In this document: one piece after another, positions 13,568 through 24,514 of the stretch | Layout: each line of letters starts with the position of its first letter | Numbering within the stretch: the first letter of the stretch is position 1 | From: Macrostomum lignano | Taxonomy: Eukaryota | Reading direction: 5' to 3' | DNA: 64,000 nt | Assembly (NCBI GenBank): GCA_002269645.1 | Contig: NIVC01003789.1 | Location: 1-64,000, forward strand | Made by a program: the position numbers and the translations under genes | The notes under the pieces: model-generated | What the model was told of the DNA's origin: nothing | What the model saw: only the letters and a program-made list of their open reading frames with translations | The model's database searches: none

Positions 13568-15460
13568 AAAAGGAAGCGTCATGTAAAAATCATAGAAGCG
13601 TCATTTAAAAAATCATAGAAGCGTCATGTAAACAATCATAGAAGCGTCATGTAAACAATCAGAGAAGCGTCATGTAAACAATCATAGAAGTGTCATATAA
13701 AAATCATAGAAGTGTCATTTAAAAAATCATAGAAGCGTCATGTAAACAATCATAGAAGCGTCATGTAAAAAATCGTAGAAGCGTCATATAAAAAGCATAG
13801 AAGCGTCATGTAAAAAATCATAGAAGCGTCATGTAAACAATCAGAGAAGCGTCTTGTAAAATATCGTAGAAGCGTTATGTAAAAATCATAGAAGCGTCGT
13901 GTAAACAATCATAGAAGCGTCATGTAAAAATCATAGAAGCGTCATGTAAAAAATCATAGAAGCGTCGTGTAAACAATCATAGAAGCGTCATGTAAAAATC
14001 ATAGAAGCGTCATGTAAAAAATCATAGAAGCGTCATATAAAAATCATAGAAGCGTCATGTAAACAATCATAGAAGCGTCATGTAAACAATCATGGAAGCG
14101 TCATGTAAAAATCATAGAAGCGTCATATAAAAAATCATAGAAGCGTCATGTAAACAATCATAGAAGCGTCATGTAAACAATCATAGAAGCGTCATGTAAA
14201 CAATCAGAGAAGCGTCATGTAAACAATCATAGAAGTGTCATATAAAAATCATAGAAGTGTCATTTAAAAAATCATAGAAGCGTCATGTAAACAATCATAG
14301 AAGCGTCATGTAAAAAATCGTAGAAGCGTCATATAAAAAGCATAGAAGCGTCATGTAAAAAATCATAGAAGCGTCATGTAAACAATCAGAGAAGCGTCTT
14401 GTAAAATATTGTAGAAGCGTTATGTAAAAATCATAGAAGCGTCGTGTAAACAATCATAGAAGCGTCATGTAAAAATCATAGAAGCGTCATGTAAAAAATC
14501 ATAGAAGCGTCATGTAAACAATCATAGAGGCGTCATGTAAACAATCATAGAAGCGTCATGTAAACAATCATAGAAGCGTCATGTAAAAAATCGTAGAAGC
14601 GTCATGTAAACAATCATAGAAGCGTCATGTAAACAATCATAGAAGCGTCATATAAAAATCATAGAAGCGTCATGTAAACAATCATAGAAGCGTCATGTAA
14701 ACAATCATGGAAGCGTCATGTAAACAATCAGAGAAGCGTCATGTAAACAATCATAGAAGTGTCATATAAAAATCATAGAAGTGTCATTTAAAAAATCATA
14801 GAAGCGTCATGTAAACAATCATAGAAGCGTCATGTAAACAATCATAGAAGCGTCATGTAAACAATCATAGAAGCGTCATGTAAACAATCATAGAAGCGTC
14901 ATGTAAAAAATCGTAGAAGCGTCATATAAAAATCATAGAAGCGTCATGTAAACAATCATAGAAGCGTCATGTAAACAATCATGGAAGCGTCATATAAAAA
15001 TCATAGAAGCGTCATATAAAAAATCATAGAAGCGTCATGTAAACAATCATAGAAGCGTCATGTAAAAAATCGTAGAAGCGTCATATAAAAATCATAGAAG
15101 CGTCATTTAAAAAATCATAGAAGCGTCATGTAAACAATCATAGAAGCGTCATGTAAAAATTATAGAAGCGTCGTGTAAACAATCATAGAAGCGTCATGTA
15201 AAAAAAATCATAGAAGCGTCATGTAAAAATCATAGAAGCGTCATGTAAAAAATCATAGAAGCGTCATGTAAAAATCATAGAAGCGTCACGTAAACAATCA
15301 TAGAAGCGTCATGTAAAAAATCATAGAAGCGTCATGTAAAAATCAGAGAAGCGTCATGTAAACAATCATAGAAGCGTCATGTAAAAAAATCATAGAAGCG
15401 TCATGTAAATAATCATAGAAGCGTCATGTAAAAAAATCATAGAAGCGTCATGTAAAAACT
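13568..15460. repeat. ~23-bp satellite (agaagcgtcatgtaaacaatcat), ~80 copies
   Basis: Long tandem array with 22-24 bp variants; related motifs recur at ~20175 and ~20640. Confidence 0.95.
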
Positions 15461-16167
15461 AATAAAAGTGTCATTTAAAAAATTAAGAAGCATCATGGTA
15501 GAATAAAAGAAGCGTCATGTCAGACATGAAGGGTGTCATGTAAAAATAAATGCAGCTATAATGCTGTGCTGGGGAGAAAAACTGAGACGTAAAGGCTCAC
15601 GGAGAATAACTGAGATTACGGGGGGTGGGGTTCTGAGATGTCAAAGCAAAAGTCAGAAGCTAATTCAAAGTTAATGTTTAGTGACCAGCCCGACACAAAG
15701 AGACACAGAGACAATTGGCGAGCAAGGCGAGCAACGCGCGGGAGGCGCACAGCGAAAAAGCGACCTCCAAGCTATGTATTTTACGAGTATAACGAGTTAC
15801 AAGCAAAAAAATTGAGATAAAAGCAGAAATTGAATTAAAAAAAAAACTCAAGCGGAGAGCTGCGCGCAAATTGAGTCAGAAAACGCGGTGAGAGGCTCAC
15901 CTAAAAAGGCTAGCAGGCGGAGGGGGGGTGGGGGCCAGCCCCCACCCCACACAGATGCACAGAGACAGCAAAGGGGGCGGGCTGATCACTAAAGCCGGTT
16001 TGCACAGGCGCAAGCACCCATGCAAACCAAAGCATTAGTGACCAGCCCGACACAAAGAGACACAGAGACAATTGGCGAGCAAGGCGAGCAACGCGCGGGA
16101 GGCGCACAGCGAAAAAGCGACCTCCAAACCCAAAGCAAGCAAGCGAACAAAAGCAGAAGGCGAGGAG

Positions 16168-17217
16168 CTAAAACAAAGCAGAGACACCACCGGCAAAAGT
16201 CACAGCAGCCTCCGCTGCCTGGTGAAACTGGGGGAGATAACGCTGCACAGCCTCACTTCTCCAGTCACCAATGCGCATGATATCAGACACTGGGAGGCCT
16301 AGCACAGACGCCCAGGTAGCTCCTCCTCGTCGCAGACTGTGCGCGGAGTAAGATCCTGGTCGAACGCCGGCTGCGGCAAACTTGTCACGGAGGAAGCAGT
16401 CCAGGTGCCTCCCAGTCAGCAGGCGCAAGCCGCCACTTCCGTCGGCGTAGGACCAGAGCGGTGACTCTGCTGACTTCAACCCGTTGGCGCGGATGTGTCG
16501 CTCGACTGCGCTCACAGGGCACAGGGCTGGCTGCCGCGCCAATCTCGGCAGCAGTACCCGGTGACTGCGCTCCTTAAACTGGATGGTCTTGCCGAACTCG
16601 CAGCGCAACACCAAACCCTTCGGATGCTGAAGCAGGTCGGCGCGCCGAGAAAGGGCCGGGCCTTTGCCAGTTCGTGGCAGAAGGCTGGACTTTCGCAACA
16701 TTCCCCACCAGCAGCAGATGGTCGCAGCCCAGCAGGCCAGCTGCAGCCTGTCGGTCTCGTCAACTAGTCGTCGCATCTCCGTCAGCATTGTAGGTGACAC
16801 AGGCCGCTTTCGGTTCACGCGCAGTCCGAGGACCCGTTTAGCGCCGCGTAGGAGAAGAACCGCTGAAGCGTGCTTAGTCAGGTCCGGCGACGAGTTTATT
16901 CGAAACCAGAGCGACAGAGAGCTGCAGACTGCCGAGATGCTGCTGTAGGCATGTAGCCGTGTGCCGATCAGACTGGCCAAATAGTTCAGCAGGCTCGTGA
17001 CGTTGCAGGACACTGGATCGCAGCCGGTATGGCGGCAGAACTCCTGCCACTCACGGATGTGTCTGTTGACTGCCTGCGCCGACCTCGGTGCGTACGCAGC
17101 GCTCAGCAGCGATGTGGCGCGGCTGCTAAGAGAGTCTGACGCAGCTGGGCGGCCTGAAAATGAAGAAAGGAGGCGGTCGCCAAGCCAAAAGCATGCTGAT
17201 GCAGTGATTGTAGAATG
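16168..17217 (-). CDS. Tyrosine recombinase of the Ngaro element
   Basis: WWGMLRKSSLL (Arg), YSAHSLRRGGAT (HxxR), GDWRSEAVQRY (Trp, Tyr). Frame is open from 17217 (after TAG) and includes LLSAAYAPRS...WQEFCRH; true start unclear. Confidence 0.9.
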   Translation of the reverse strand, partial: HSTITASACFWLGDRLLSSFSGRPAASDSLSSRATSLLSAAYAPRSAQAVNRHIREWQEFCRHTGCDPVSCNVTSLLNYLASLIGTRLHAYSSISAVCSSLSLWFRINSSPDLTKHASAVLLLRGAKRVLGLRVNRKRPVSPTMLTEMRRLVDETDRLQLACWAATICCWWGMLRKSSLLPRTGKGPALSRRADLLQHPKGLVLRCEFGKTIQFKERSHRVLLPRLARQPALCPVSAVERHIRANGLKSAESPLWSYADGSGGLRLLTGRHLDCFLRDKFAAAGVRPGSYSAHSLRRGGATWASVLGLPVSDIMRIGDWRSEAVQRYLPQFHQAAEAAVTFAGGVSALF

Positions 17218-18806
17218 CTAGGACAAATAAAACCATAACAGCGGAGTAAAAAGTTTAACAGCTGGCCTCGCTCGTGCAACCGCGAGGCAGCGTCAGCAAA
17301 AATTTGAAAATCACCAGGCACATGAAACGCGCGAATGCTCATTCCAAAACGCAAACACATCAGAGCCACAGTCTGCAGCAGCCGCTGCAACGCAGGACAC
17401 TTTGAAACGCCTTTGTTGATGATGTGACAGGCCGTCTGGTTGTCGCAGTAGATGCTCACCTTGCAACCTTTGAGCACATCCCTCCACCTCATCACTGCCA
17501 GCAGAGGGGCCAACGCTTCCTTGTAGTTGATCGGCAGGTCAGCGAAGACAGATCCTGCATCCTTCTCCCAGTCCAGGTAGCACCAGTCAAACAGACCATC
17601 CTGGTCACGCAGCAGCGCCGCACCACCTCTGCCGCACGCATCGGATTCCATCGCCACAACTCGATCGTAGCTCGGCCACAGCTGCACCCATCGGCACGCC
17701 TGCAACGCCACCTTCCACCAGTTTAGCTGACTGCGTAACCCGGAGTCGACCAGCGTTCGCTGTCCACGCCGTAAGATGTTGCACCGCTCAATCAGCTCAC
17801 GCAAGAAGGTCCTTCCGCAACTGATGACCTGCGCTGCCCACCCCAACTTGCCAATGACCTGTTGGAGGGCCCGCTGACTAAGCCTCACCTTGGCTGACTC
17901 GACACCAAGCAGGTTGATCAACTTCCTTGCCTTCTCATCCGGCAGCTTCTTGATTCCTTCCACAGTGTCGAACTCAATTCCAAGGAATGACATCCGCTGC
18001 GCCGGCAGCTGGCACTTGGCCGGATTGACGGTGAAGCCCAGCCGAGTCAGCAAGTCAATCAGATCGACGTAGAAGCGCTGGCAGTTCTCCTGCGTCCCGC
18101 AGTAGGCAAAGTCGTCCAGGTAAGACTCGGTGTTGATGAAGCCTCTACGCACCATCATCAGATGAATCGCATTGCTCAGGCGTTGGAAGCACGTGACCGA
18201 GGCTGCCGCCCCGAACGGCAGTCGCGTATCAAACATGTAGGTGGGAGTGGCGCAGCCAGGAAATTTGAACTTGAGGCCGGTGTTGACGAAGTCTCCTGGG
18301 TGCACTCCACATGCGTGGTATGCTTCACTCAGGTCAACTTTAGTCATGTAGCAGCCTCTCGTTAACTTCCTTGCGAAGTTTTCAGCGCTTGAAAACCGCA
18401 ACTTCTCATTGCTCTCCCAGTGCGCGTTCACCGACAGATTGTCCGGCCGACTGCAATCGTGAATTAGGCGTACCCGACCGTCATCCTTCGGCAGGGCACC
18501 CAGCGCACTCACAATCCGAGGCCGCCACCCATCCGAGCACCGACGGTAGCGGTCAAGGCGAATTTCTCTCAGAATTTGCATTTGAACAGCTTCAGCGTAA
18601 ATATTCACAGACTCGTAGTTGCTGACCTCGACAGACTTCAGGTTTTCTCGCTGCACATTCGTAATCCGAAATCCCTCAGACACACCATCAAGAATAAACT
18701 GCTTTCTGTCCAGCGGCAGATCAATCGACTCCAACTCTTCCATCCATGCCTCCAGCTTTAGGTCAGTTGATAAAACAGAGGAAGTTAAAACAGGATCAAC
18801 GCGCAG
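17103..18806 (-). CDS. Reverse transcriptase / RNase H of the Ngaro element
   Basis: RLIHDCS, KVDLSEAYH, LPFGAAAS, YLDDF, FLGIEFDT; RNase H ESDAC..INYKEALA..YCDNQ..ADAASR. First ATG 18743, but the frame is open from 18806. Confidence 0.93.
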   Translation of the reverse strand: MRVDPVLTSSVLSTDLKLEAWMEELESIDLPLDRKQFILDGVSEGFRITNVQRENLKSVEVSNYESVNIYAEAVQMQILREIRLDRYRRCSDGWRPRIVSALGALPKDDGRVRLIHDCSRPDNLSVNAHWESNEKLRFSSAENFARKLTRGCYMTKVDLSEAYHACGVHPGDFVNTGLKFKFPGCATPTYMFDTRLPFGAAASVTCFQRLSNAIHLMMVRRGFINTESYLDDFAYCGTQENCQRFYVDLIDLLTRLGFTVNPAKCQLPAQRMSFLGIEFDTVEGIKKLPDEKARKLINLLGVESAKVRLSQRALQQVIGKLGWAAQVISCGRTFLRELIERCNILRRGQRTLVDSGLRSQLNWWKVALQACRWVQLWPSYDRVVAMESDACGRGGAALLRDQDGLFDWCYLDWEKDAGSVFADLPINYKEALAPLLAVMRWRDVLKGCKVSIYCDNQTACHIINKGVSKCPALQRLLQTVALMCLRFGMSIRAFHVPGDFQIFADAASRLHERGQLLNFLLRCYGFICPSILQSLHQHAFGLATASFLHFQAAQLRQTLLAAAPHRC

Positions 18807-19907
18807 TCAATGCAGAGGCCTGCTGACCTCAGCACCGTCATCCCTGTGCGCCATCGCTGCTGAGTGGCCAAGTCCACAACGCCGGCACCGATGAGCGAAA
18901 CGGCAGTTCCGCCTTGAGCATCCAGATTCCTTGTTGAAATCAAAGCAGGGTGGCTGCAGGCTTTGTCTTGGCCCCCGGTCAACTCTGGCAGTCGGTGCAC
19001 TCTGTGGGGCCATCAGATAGGTGGCAACTCGGCCAAGGTCAGATCCGCGCGACTCCCATGACGTCTCACCATCTTCACTCAGTCTGCACTCGTCATCAAA
19101 CCTCATGACTCGAGCCTTGTCGAACCCGAGGTCAAACAGCTCGCCAATGCGCGCAGTGTAGCGCAGGTAGTCTCGCAACTCTGACACATCAGGCTGGCCG
19201 CCCAGCCCGCTCTTCACCAACCTGCCATCATCCAGCAACTTCAGCATGATTCGAGCATTCGCCGAGATCCAGTCTCCAAACGTCAGCGAGTCAACAACAG
19301 CTTCCTTCACTCTGAAGGTGACTCTCCCTGATTTGTCAATGGACTGAGTCACTCCTGCCTCCTGCTGCTTTCGCTTGTTAATAAACTCAGGGATTCGGTA
19401 CACCTTGCCTACAGACCGACTGGGCTCTTGCTGGGCAGCATCTTCATCGTCAGACCACAGGTTAATGAGCAACTCACCGGGATTCTTTGACGTCGCAGGC
19501 CTTCGCTGAAGTTGGCTGACTTCCGCCTGAAGCAGAGCGGCCTCCTTGCGTAGCTTTAGCAGTCGGAGCTGCTTCTCAGCCTCCACCAGCTCGTCGTCCA
19601 GGCCGCCAGCCGCGTCAGACTCTTGACCATGTTGTACCGACTCGTTCGCGATAAAAGGCAGTTGCCTCTCCGCCGTAGCGCCGTTTCTTCTTTCACGCGT
19701 CGTCACTGTGGCAGCTTCATCTTGCTCCTCGTCCTCGTCGTCTGCATTCTCAAGATCGGAGGCGATGCCCTCGAGGTGCGCCCTCAGCCGCATTAAAAGT
19801 TCACATTTTCTGCCTTGTGTTGAAAGCCCTAGGCTCTGAAGCTTCTCACGTAGCGCCCTTACAGTGCTAGGCGCTTCGGATGCAACTGGCTCGTTAGGGT
19901 TTGGCAT
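18807..19907 (-). CDS. Gag-like protein with N-terminal SAP motif and C-terminal Cys/His finger
   Basis: MPNP start at 19907; TVRALREKLQSLGLSTQGRKCELLMRLRAHL (SAP-like); CFDFNKESGCSRRNCRFAHRCRRCGLGH. Confidence 0.85.
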   Translation of the reverse strand: MPNPNEPVASEAPSTVRALREKLQSLGLSTQGRKCELLMRLRAHLEGIASDLENADDEDEEQDEAATVTTRERRNGATAERQLPFIANESVQHGQESDAAGGLDDELVEAEKQLRLLKLRKEAALLQAEVSQLQRRPATSKNPGELLINLWSDDEDAAQQEPSRSVGKVYRIPEFINKRKQQEAGVTQSIDKSGRVTFRVKEAVVDSLTFGDWISANARIMLKLLDDGRLVKSGLGGQPDVSELRDYLRYTARIGELFDLGFDKARVMRFDDECRLSEDGETSWESRGSDLGRVATYLMAPQSAPTARVDRGPRQSLQPPCFDFNKESGCSRRNCRFAHRCRRCGLGHSAAMAHRDDGAEVSRPLH

Positions 19908-22615
19908 GATTGTGCAAAAAAAAAACTCAAGCGGAGAGCTGCGCGCAAATTGAGTCAGAAAACGCGGTGAGAGGCTCACCTAAAAAGGCTAGCAGGCGGA
20001 GGGGGGGTGGGGGCCAGCCCCCACCCCACACAGATGCACAGAGACAGCAAAGGGGGCGGGCTGATCACTAAAGCCGGTTTGCACAGGCGCAAGCACCCAT
20101 GCAAACCAAAGCAACTTTACTCAATTTTTTTATTGCATTCTTTGTTGGCTCGCCACGGGGGGGGCGCTGATAGAAGAAGAGTCATGTAAAAAATAAAAGT
20201 AGCACTATGTATACATAATAGAAAAGTCATGTCGAAGTTAAAAGATTCATTTGGGAATTGCTACGATGTCAAAGCTTGGTGGAAATCGTTATAGTGCTGT
20301 GATTCTTAAAGAAGGAATCACTAAAATGTCAAGGCTTAGGGGAGAAGAATTGCTGAGATTTCAAGGCTTTAGGTTGGGTTAAAGTTAGGTTTAGGTAAGG
20401 TGTGGGTTGAGGGTTATATTTTATCGGGTTTCAAGGTTAACGGGATTTTTTAGATTTCAAGGTTTATGGGGGGCCATCGCTGACATGTCAAGGCTTACGG
20501 GGGGAATAGCTGAGATGTCAAGGCTCACGAGGGTATAAATGAGATTTCAAGGCTAAAGTCAGAAGCTACATGTAGTTTATTGAAAACTTTTTATTACATT
20601 ATTTGATGCCTCCTCAGGGGAGGGATCGCTAATTAAAAAAGCGTAATGTAAAAAATAAAAGAAGCTTCATGTTGAAGTTAAGAGATTCATTTGGGAATCC
20701 CTACGATGTCGAGGCTTGCAGGGAATCGCTATAATGCTGTAGTAGTGCTATAATGACTCTTAGAGAGAATTACTGAAATTTCAATGCTTTAGGGTTAGGT
20801 TAGGGTTAGGGTTAGGCTAGGGTTAGGGTTAGAAGGTTGACAGATATTTTTAGATTTCCAAGGCTTATTGGAGGCATTGCTGAGATGTCAAGGGGGGAAG
20901 TTGATATGTTAAAGCTTGTGGGGGGAATTACTGACATGTCAAGGCTTACAAGGTTTGACAGGAGATTTTTTAAGATTTCAAGGATACATGTAGCTTATTA
21001 AAAAAACGTGTATTGCATTTCTCTGGCTCCCCAACGGGGGGCGTAGATTGCTAGTAGAAAGCTCTATTACCTAAAAATTGATATCATAGCAATAATTTTT
21101 TATGATGTCTATGTTGATATCTAGATTTTGTATTGCCATTGGCATTATAAATGTCAATACTACAATAGGCCTAGATATTTATATTTGAATTGGTGCCACA
21201 ATATATAGTGCCATGGTAGAAAATGATATCTGTGGCGAAAATGGATGGGAAATGGTATTAGAAAATGCTCTAGTTCTATCTACTACTCTATCTACTGCTC
21301 TATCTACTGCTCCATCTATCGCTACTTTTACTGCCCTATCGCTCTATCTACCGCTCTAGTTACTGCTCCATTTATACTTCTCTATCAACTGCTCTATCTA
21401 GTGTTTAGAGGCACTATGTTGTGGTAACGATTCAAACTTGAAAAAATATCGAATATCGAATATCGAAACTTGAAAATAATATCGAAACAAACTGGAAGAT
21501 CGCCTATTGAGGTTCTTAATGAACTGATACCTAGTAAGTCTTTGCGTTCCCTTGCTTCGACATTAACACACTGACAGAAATGAAAATTGCATCAAAATTG
21601 AATTCATTTACCTTTCCTTTCATTTAGCTTATGTAAATTATTTCAGATTTTTAGCTAAGCCGAGCCGAGCCGCGTATACAGCCTCGGTAATGTAGAAATA
21701 AATCTAAAATTGCTGCACGTGGCTTCGTGAGACGGAAATAACAAATGTTAGACCTACTACTGCAAGATAAATGCTTAGTTGTTTCAGATAAAACAGATCA
21801 TTTAACTATTGTTTTTGACAAAGCCTTTATTGACTAATTTGATAGAATAGTCTGAGTCTGAGTAATGATAGTTCTCGATCACTCCGCCGCCGCAATCACC
21901 CCGCAATTGGTCTCTCCCATAAAACGATAAGTTAAGACCGCCGCAATCACCCCGCAATTGGTCTCTCCCATCAACTAAATTTTTATTATTTGATGATATC
22001 TGATCCTGATTTTTGTAGCTCTTGGAGAGTGTTTCGAAGTACCCAATCAGTAATCACTTAGAATTTTCAAATATTTAAAGTAATGTTAATGTCACTAGGC
22101 CTAGGCCTAGTTTGTGTTTTACTTTCCAGTTTCATTCATTGGACATTGAGTCGATGTCGATTGGCATCTTGACTTGACTTAAAGTTAAACTAAGTAGCCT
22201 ATAGGCTATTGAAAATATTTATAATGACAGTGACTGAGTGAGTGAATATAACTATGACTAGTATGACTATGACTTTAAACTTATTTTTATGCACCAACAT
22301 TTAAAACAAGCTAAAGGGCCTGTGTCTACAATTCTATGAAGTTGGTTTCCTTGATAAATATTCTATATGGCAGGTATGCCATGATTATAGGCATAGTTAG
22401 TATAGAATTTCAAAAAATTAGGCAATTATAGATATTCTGGCAGAACAACATGCTTTGCTTGATAAGGATTAATAGAAAGAAAGCAATCCGGAGCATTTTT
22501 TTCTTATTCAAATGACATGTTTTGCCTAACATTAGGCTATACACTATTACAATTTTGATAAATGCTAAGTAAAATTTTCAACAACTTAAAGATGCTTAAA
22601 CAAAATAGGCCTAGT

Positions 22616-22912
22616 AATGGCTAGATTTCTGGCACTAGAACCCATTTTCTAATGGCTATGGATCCGGCAATCTTCTACAGGCAATTATTTACTAATGAAG
22701 TCTTGAACATAGAAGTATCTTGATTTGAATCTTATCATTTCATTTTGATCTTATCTTGAACAATATCTCAATACAAACCACCCATTAAAAAGTAAAATGT
22801 TTCTGCTATATTATAGGCCTACCCATAAATTACACTACTAGAATACCACTGCCAGATCTGTAGCAGTTAGAAAATGGCCAAATGGGTTCTGGTGCCAGAA
22901 CTCTAGCCATTG
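22616..22912. mobile_element. Degenerate MITE-like inverted-repeat element
   Basis: aatggctagatttctggcactagaacccattt (22616-22647) is an imperfect reverse complement of aaatgggttctggtgccagaactctagccatt (~22880-22912); similarity extends inward. Confidence 0.5.
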
Positions 22913-24514
22913 CCTAAGCAAAACATGTTAGTTGAATAAGAATATATATTTGTAATTTCTTCCCTTTCTTCTCTTTAATTATAGATAGGCCTATTGCTTT
23001 TATTCATTTATTGTAGTTCTGAGTTCTTAGACACTGTCATTTGCCACTTTGTTATCTGAAAAATTTGTTATCTATTACTTAGTTAGTCACTTTGTTATCT
23101 ACCAATAAAGCCAAATGTATTCAATGAGTTTTGTTATCATTTTATCATCTATTAATCAAACAAGTAAAGACAAAAGCTTCAAAAAAATGACTATGAAATT
23201 GTAGTATAATTATATAATTGCTGTTGGCAATAAAAAAATAGAATTTAAAATCTAAAATTAAACATTATTCTAATAACAAATTCCAAATGTTGCTTCCTCT
23301 ATTGCCTCTTCTATTGGTACTCTTGTGATATAGCTTAGAGTTAGTCTGTAGCGTCTATAGTCTATAGTACAGGTCACTCTTACAATGATTTTGACATCCT
23401 TTTAGGGAAGTTGATTGGCTTTACTAGCTGTATTGGCTGCATTGTTCCTTAGCAGGCCAGAATATGCCAGCACCCATGCAAATCTAATCTCATGCCCTAA
23501 GTCTTAGCTCCTCAGCCAACTAAAAAAGCATAGATTAGCACTAATAGTGTCTCTTGGTGCAAGAGCTCAAGTAGGGAATAAAGTGTCAGTCAGGTAAGTG
23601 TGCTCCACTTTCTGCTTTAGTCCCTAGTGCCAGCCTATGACTTCATTGTTGATGTAAATTGCTTGCCCAAAATGCTAATTTCAGTAAATGCATGGATCTG
23701 AATGATAAGCCATGTTGCTCATATACTTGGCAAAGTTGAGGAGTGTATGCAACTATTATAGCGATAATCTGGTCCTGGCCTTGAGCTGTGTTTAACAAGC
23801 AAGTAGGATAAGGCTATAAGCATCTGGTAGAATTTCCAAGTTCCTAGATCTAGATACTGTGATAGTTGTAGGGTTATGAGTGAATTCCATCTCAATGAGT
23901 CTTCATATAGTTATTTGTAATGTAATGCAGTTGCATGGTGTGCTCATGTACAATATATAATATCATATGCAATCTGTGCTCATGTCACAGTGTTTATTAC
24001 TGTGATAATTGAGGGATTATTATGTTAGCATATTGCATCTCTTATCTATGCCCTCCTTCCACATGTGCTTACCACTGTTACCAGGTTACCAGTATGCAAA
24101 ACAGGCTATTTACAGACACTAGAGAGTACTGGCTAAGCCGGTGCAAGTTCAGTCAACCAATGTCCAGTTGCTGCTGTTCGAGTGAATTTTAATCGATTTC
24201 TGAGAATAGTGAGTTTCCGTTTTGCCCATAGTTATGAGACCACTGTCTCTGGCTAGCTAAATTTATCGATTTTCCCTAACTGCTCAGCCACGGCGATCTG
24301 CTAAATTCGTCTCAAAGTATCGGTTTGAGAGAGAGAGAGAGAGAAACCCCCGCAGCTCATGCGGCCTGGGACTGAAATGTCAGCAGAGCATTGGTTGTCT
24401 GTATGTGAGCATGGAGCCGGTTAAAGCATAAAGCAGACAATACTGAGTCTTAAGTGCACAGTCGATCACTGAAGCAGAACACGGAGCTACGGTTTTGAAA
24501 GACTTGTGAATAGA

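Larger units (their letters stand above)
15678..20113 (-). mobile_element. Ngaro/DIRS-order tyrosine-recombinase retrotransposon with split direct repeats (A1-gag-RT/RH-YR-B1-A2-B2)
   Basis: A1 19916-20113 matches A2 15837-16034 (198 bp); B1 16035-16127 matches B2 15678-15770 (93 bp); no differences seen by eye; no TSD; three open ORFs. Confidence 0.93.
12922..21054 (+). mobile_element. Probable non-autonomous Helitron hosting a satellite and the Ngaro element
   Basis: 5' A|TCCTATATACTAAAAATG followed by a TCTA microsatellite (second TCCTATATACTAAAAATG at 13309); 3' GC hairpin gctccccaacggggggc (21026-21042) 8 nt before CTAG|T (21051-21055); duplicated subterminal modules. Confidence 0.5.
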
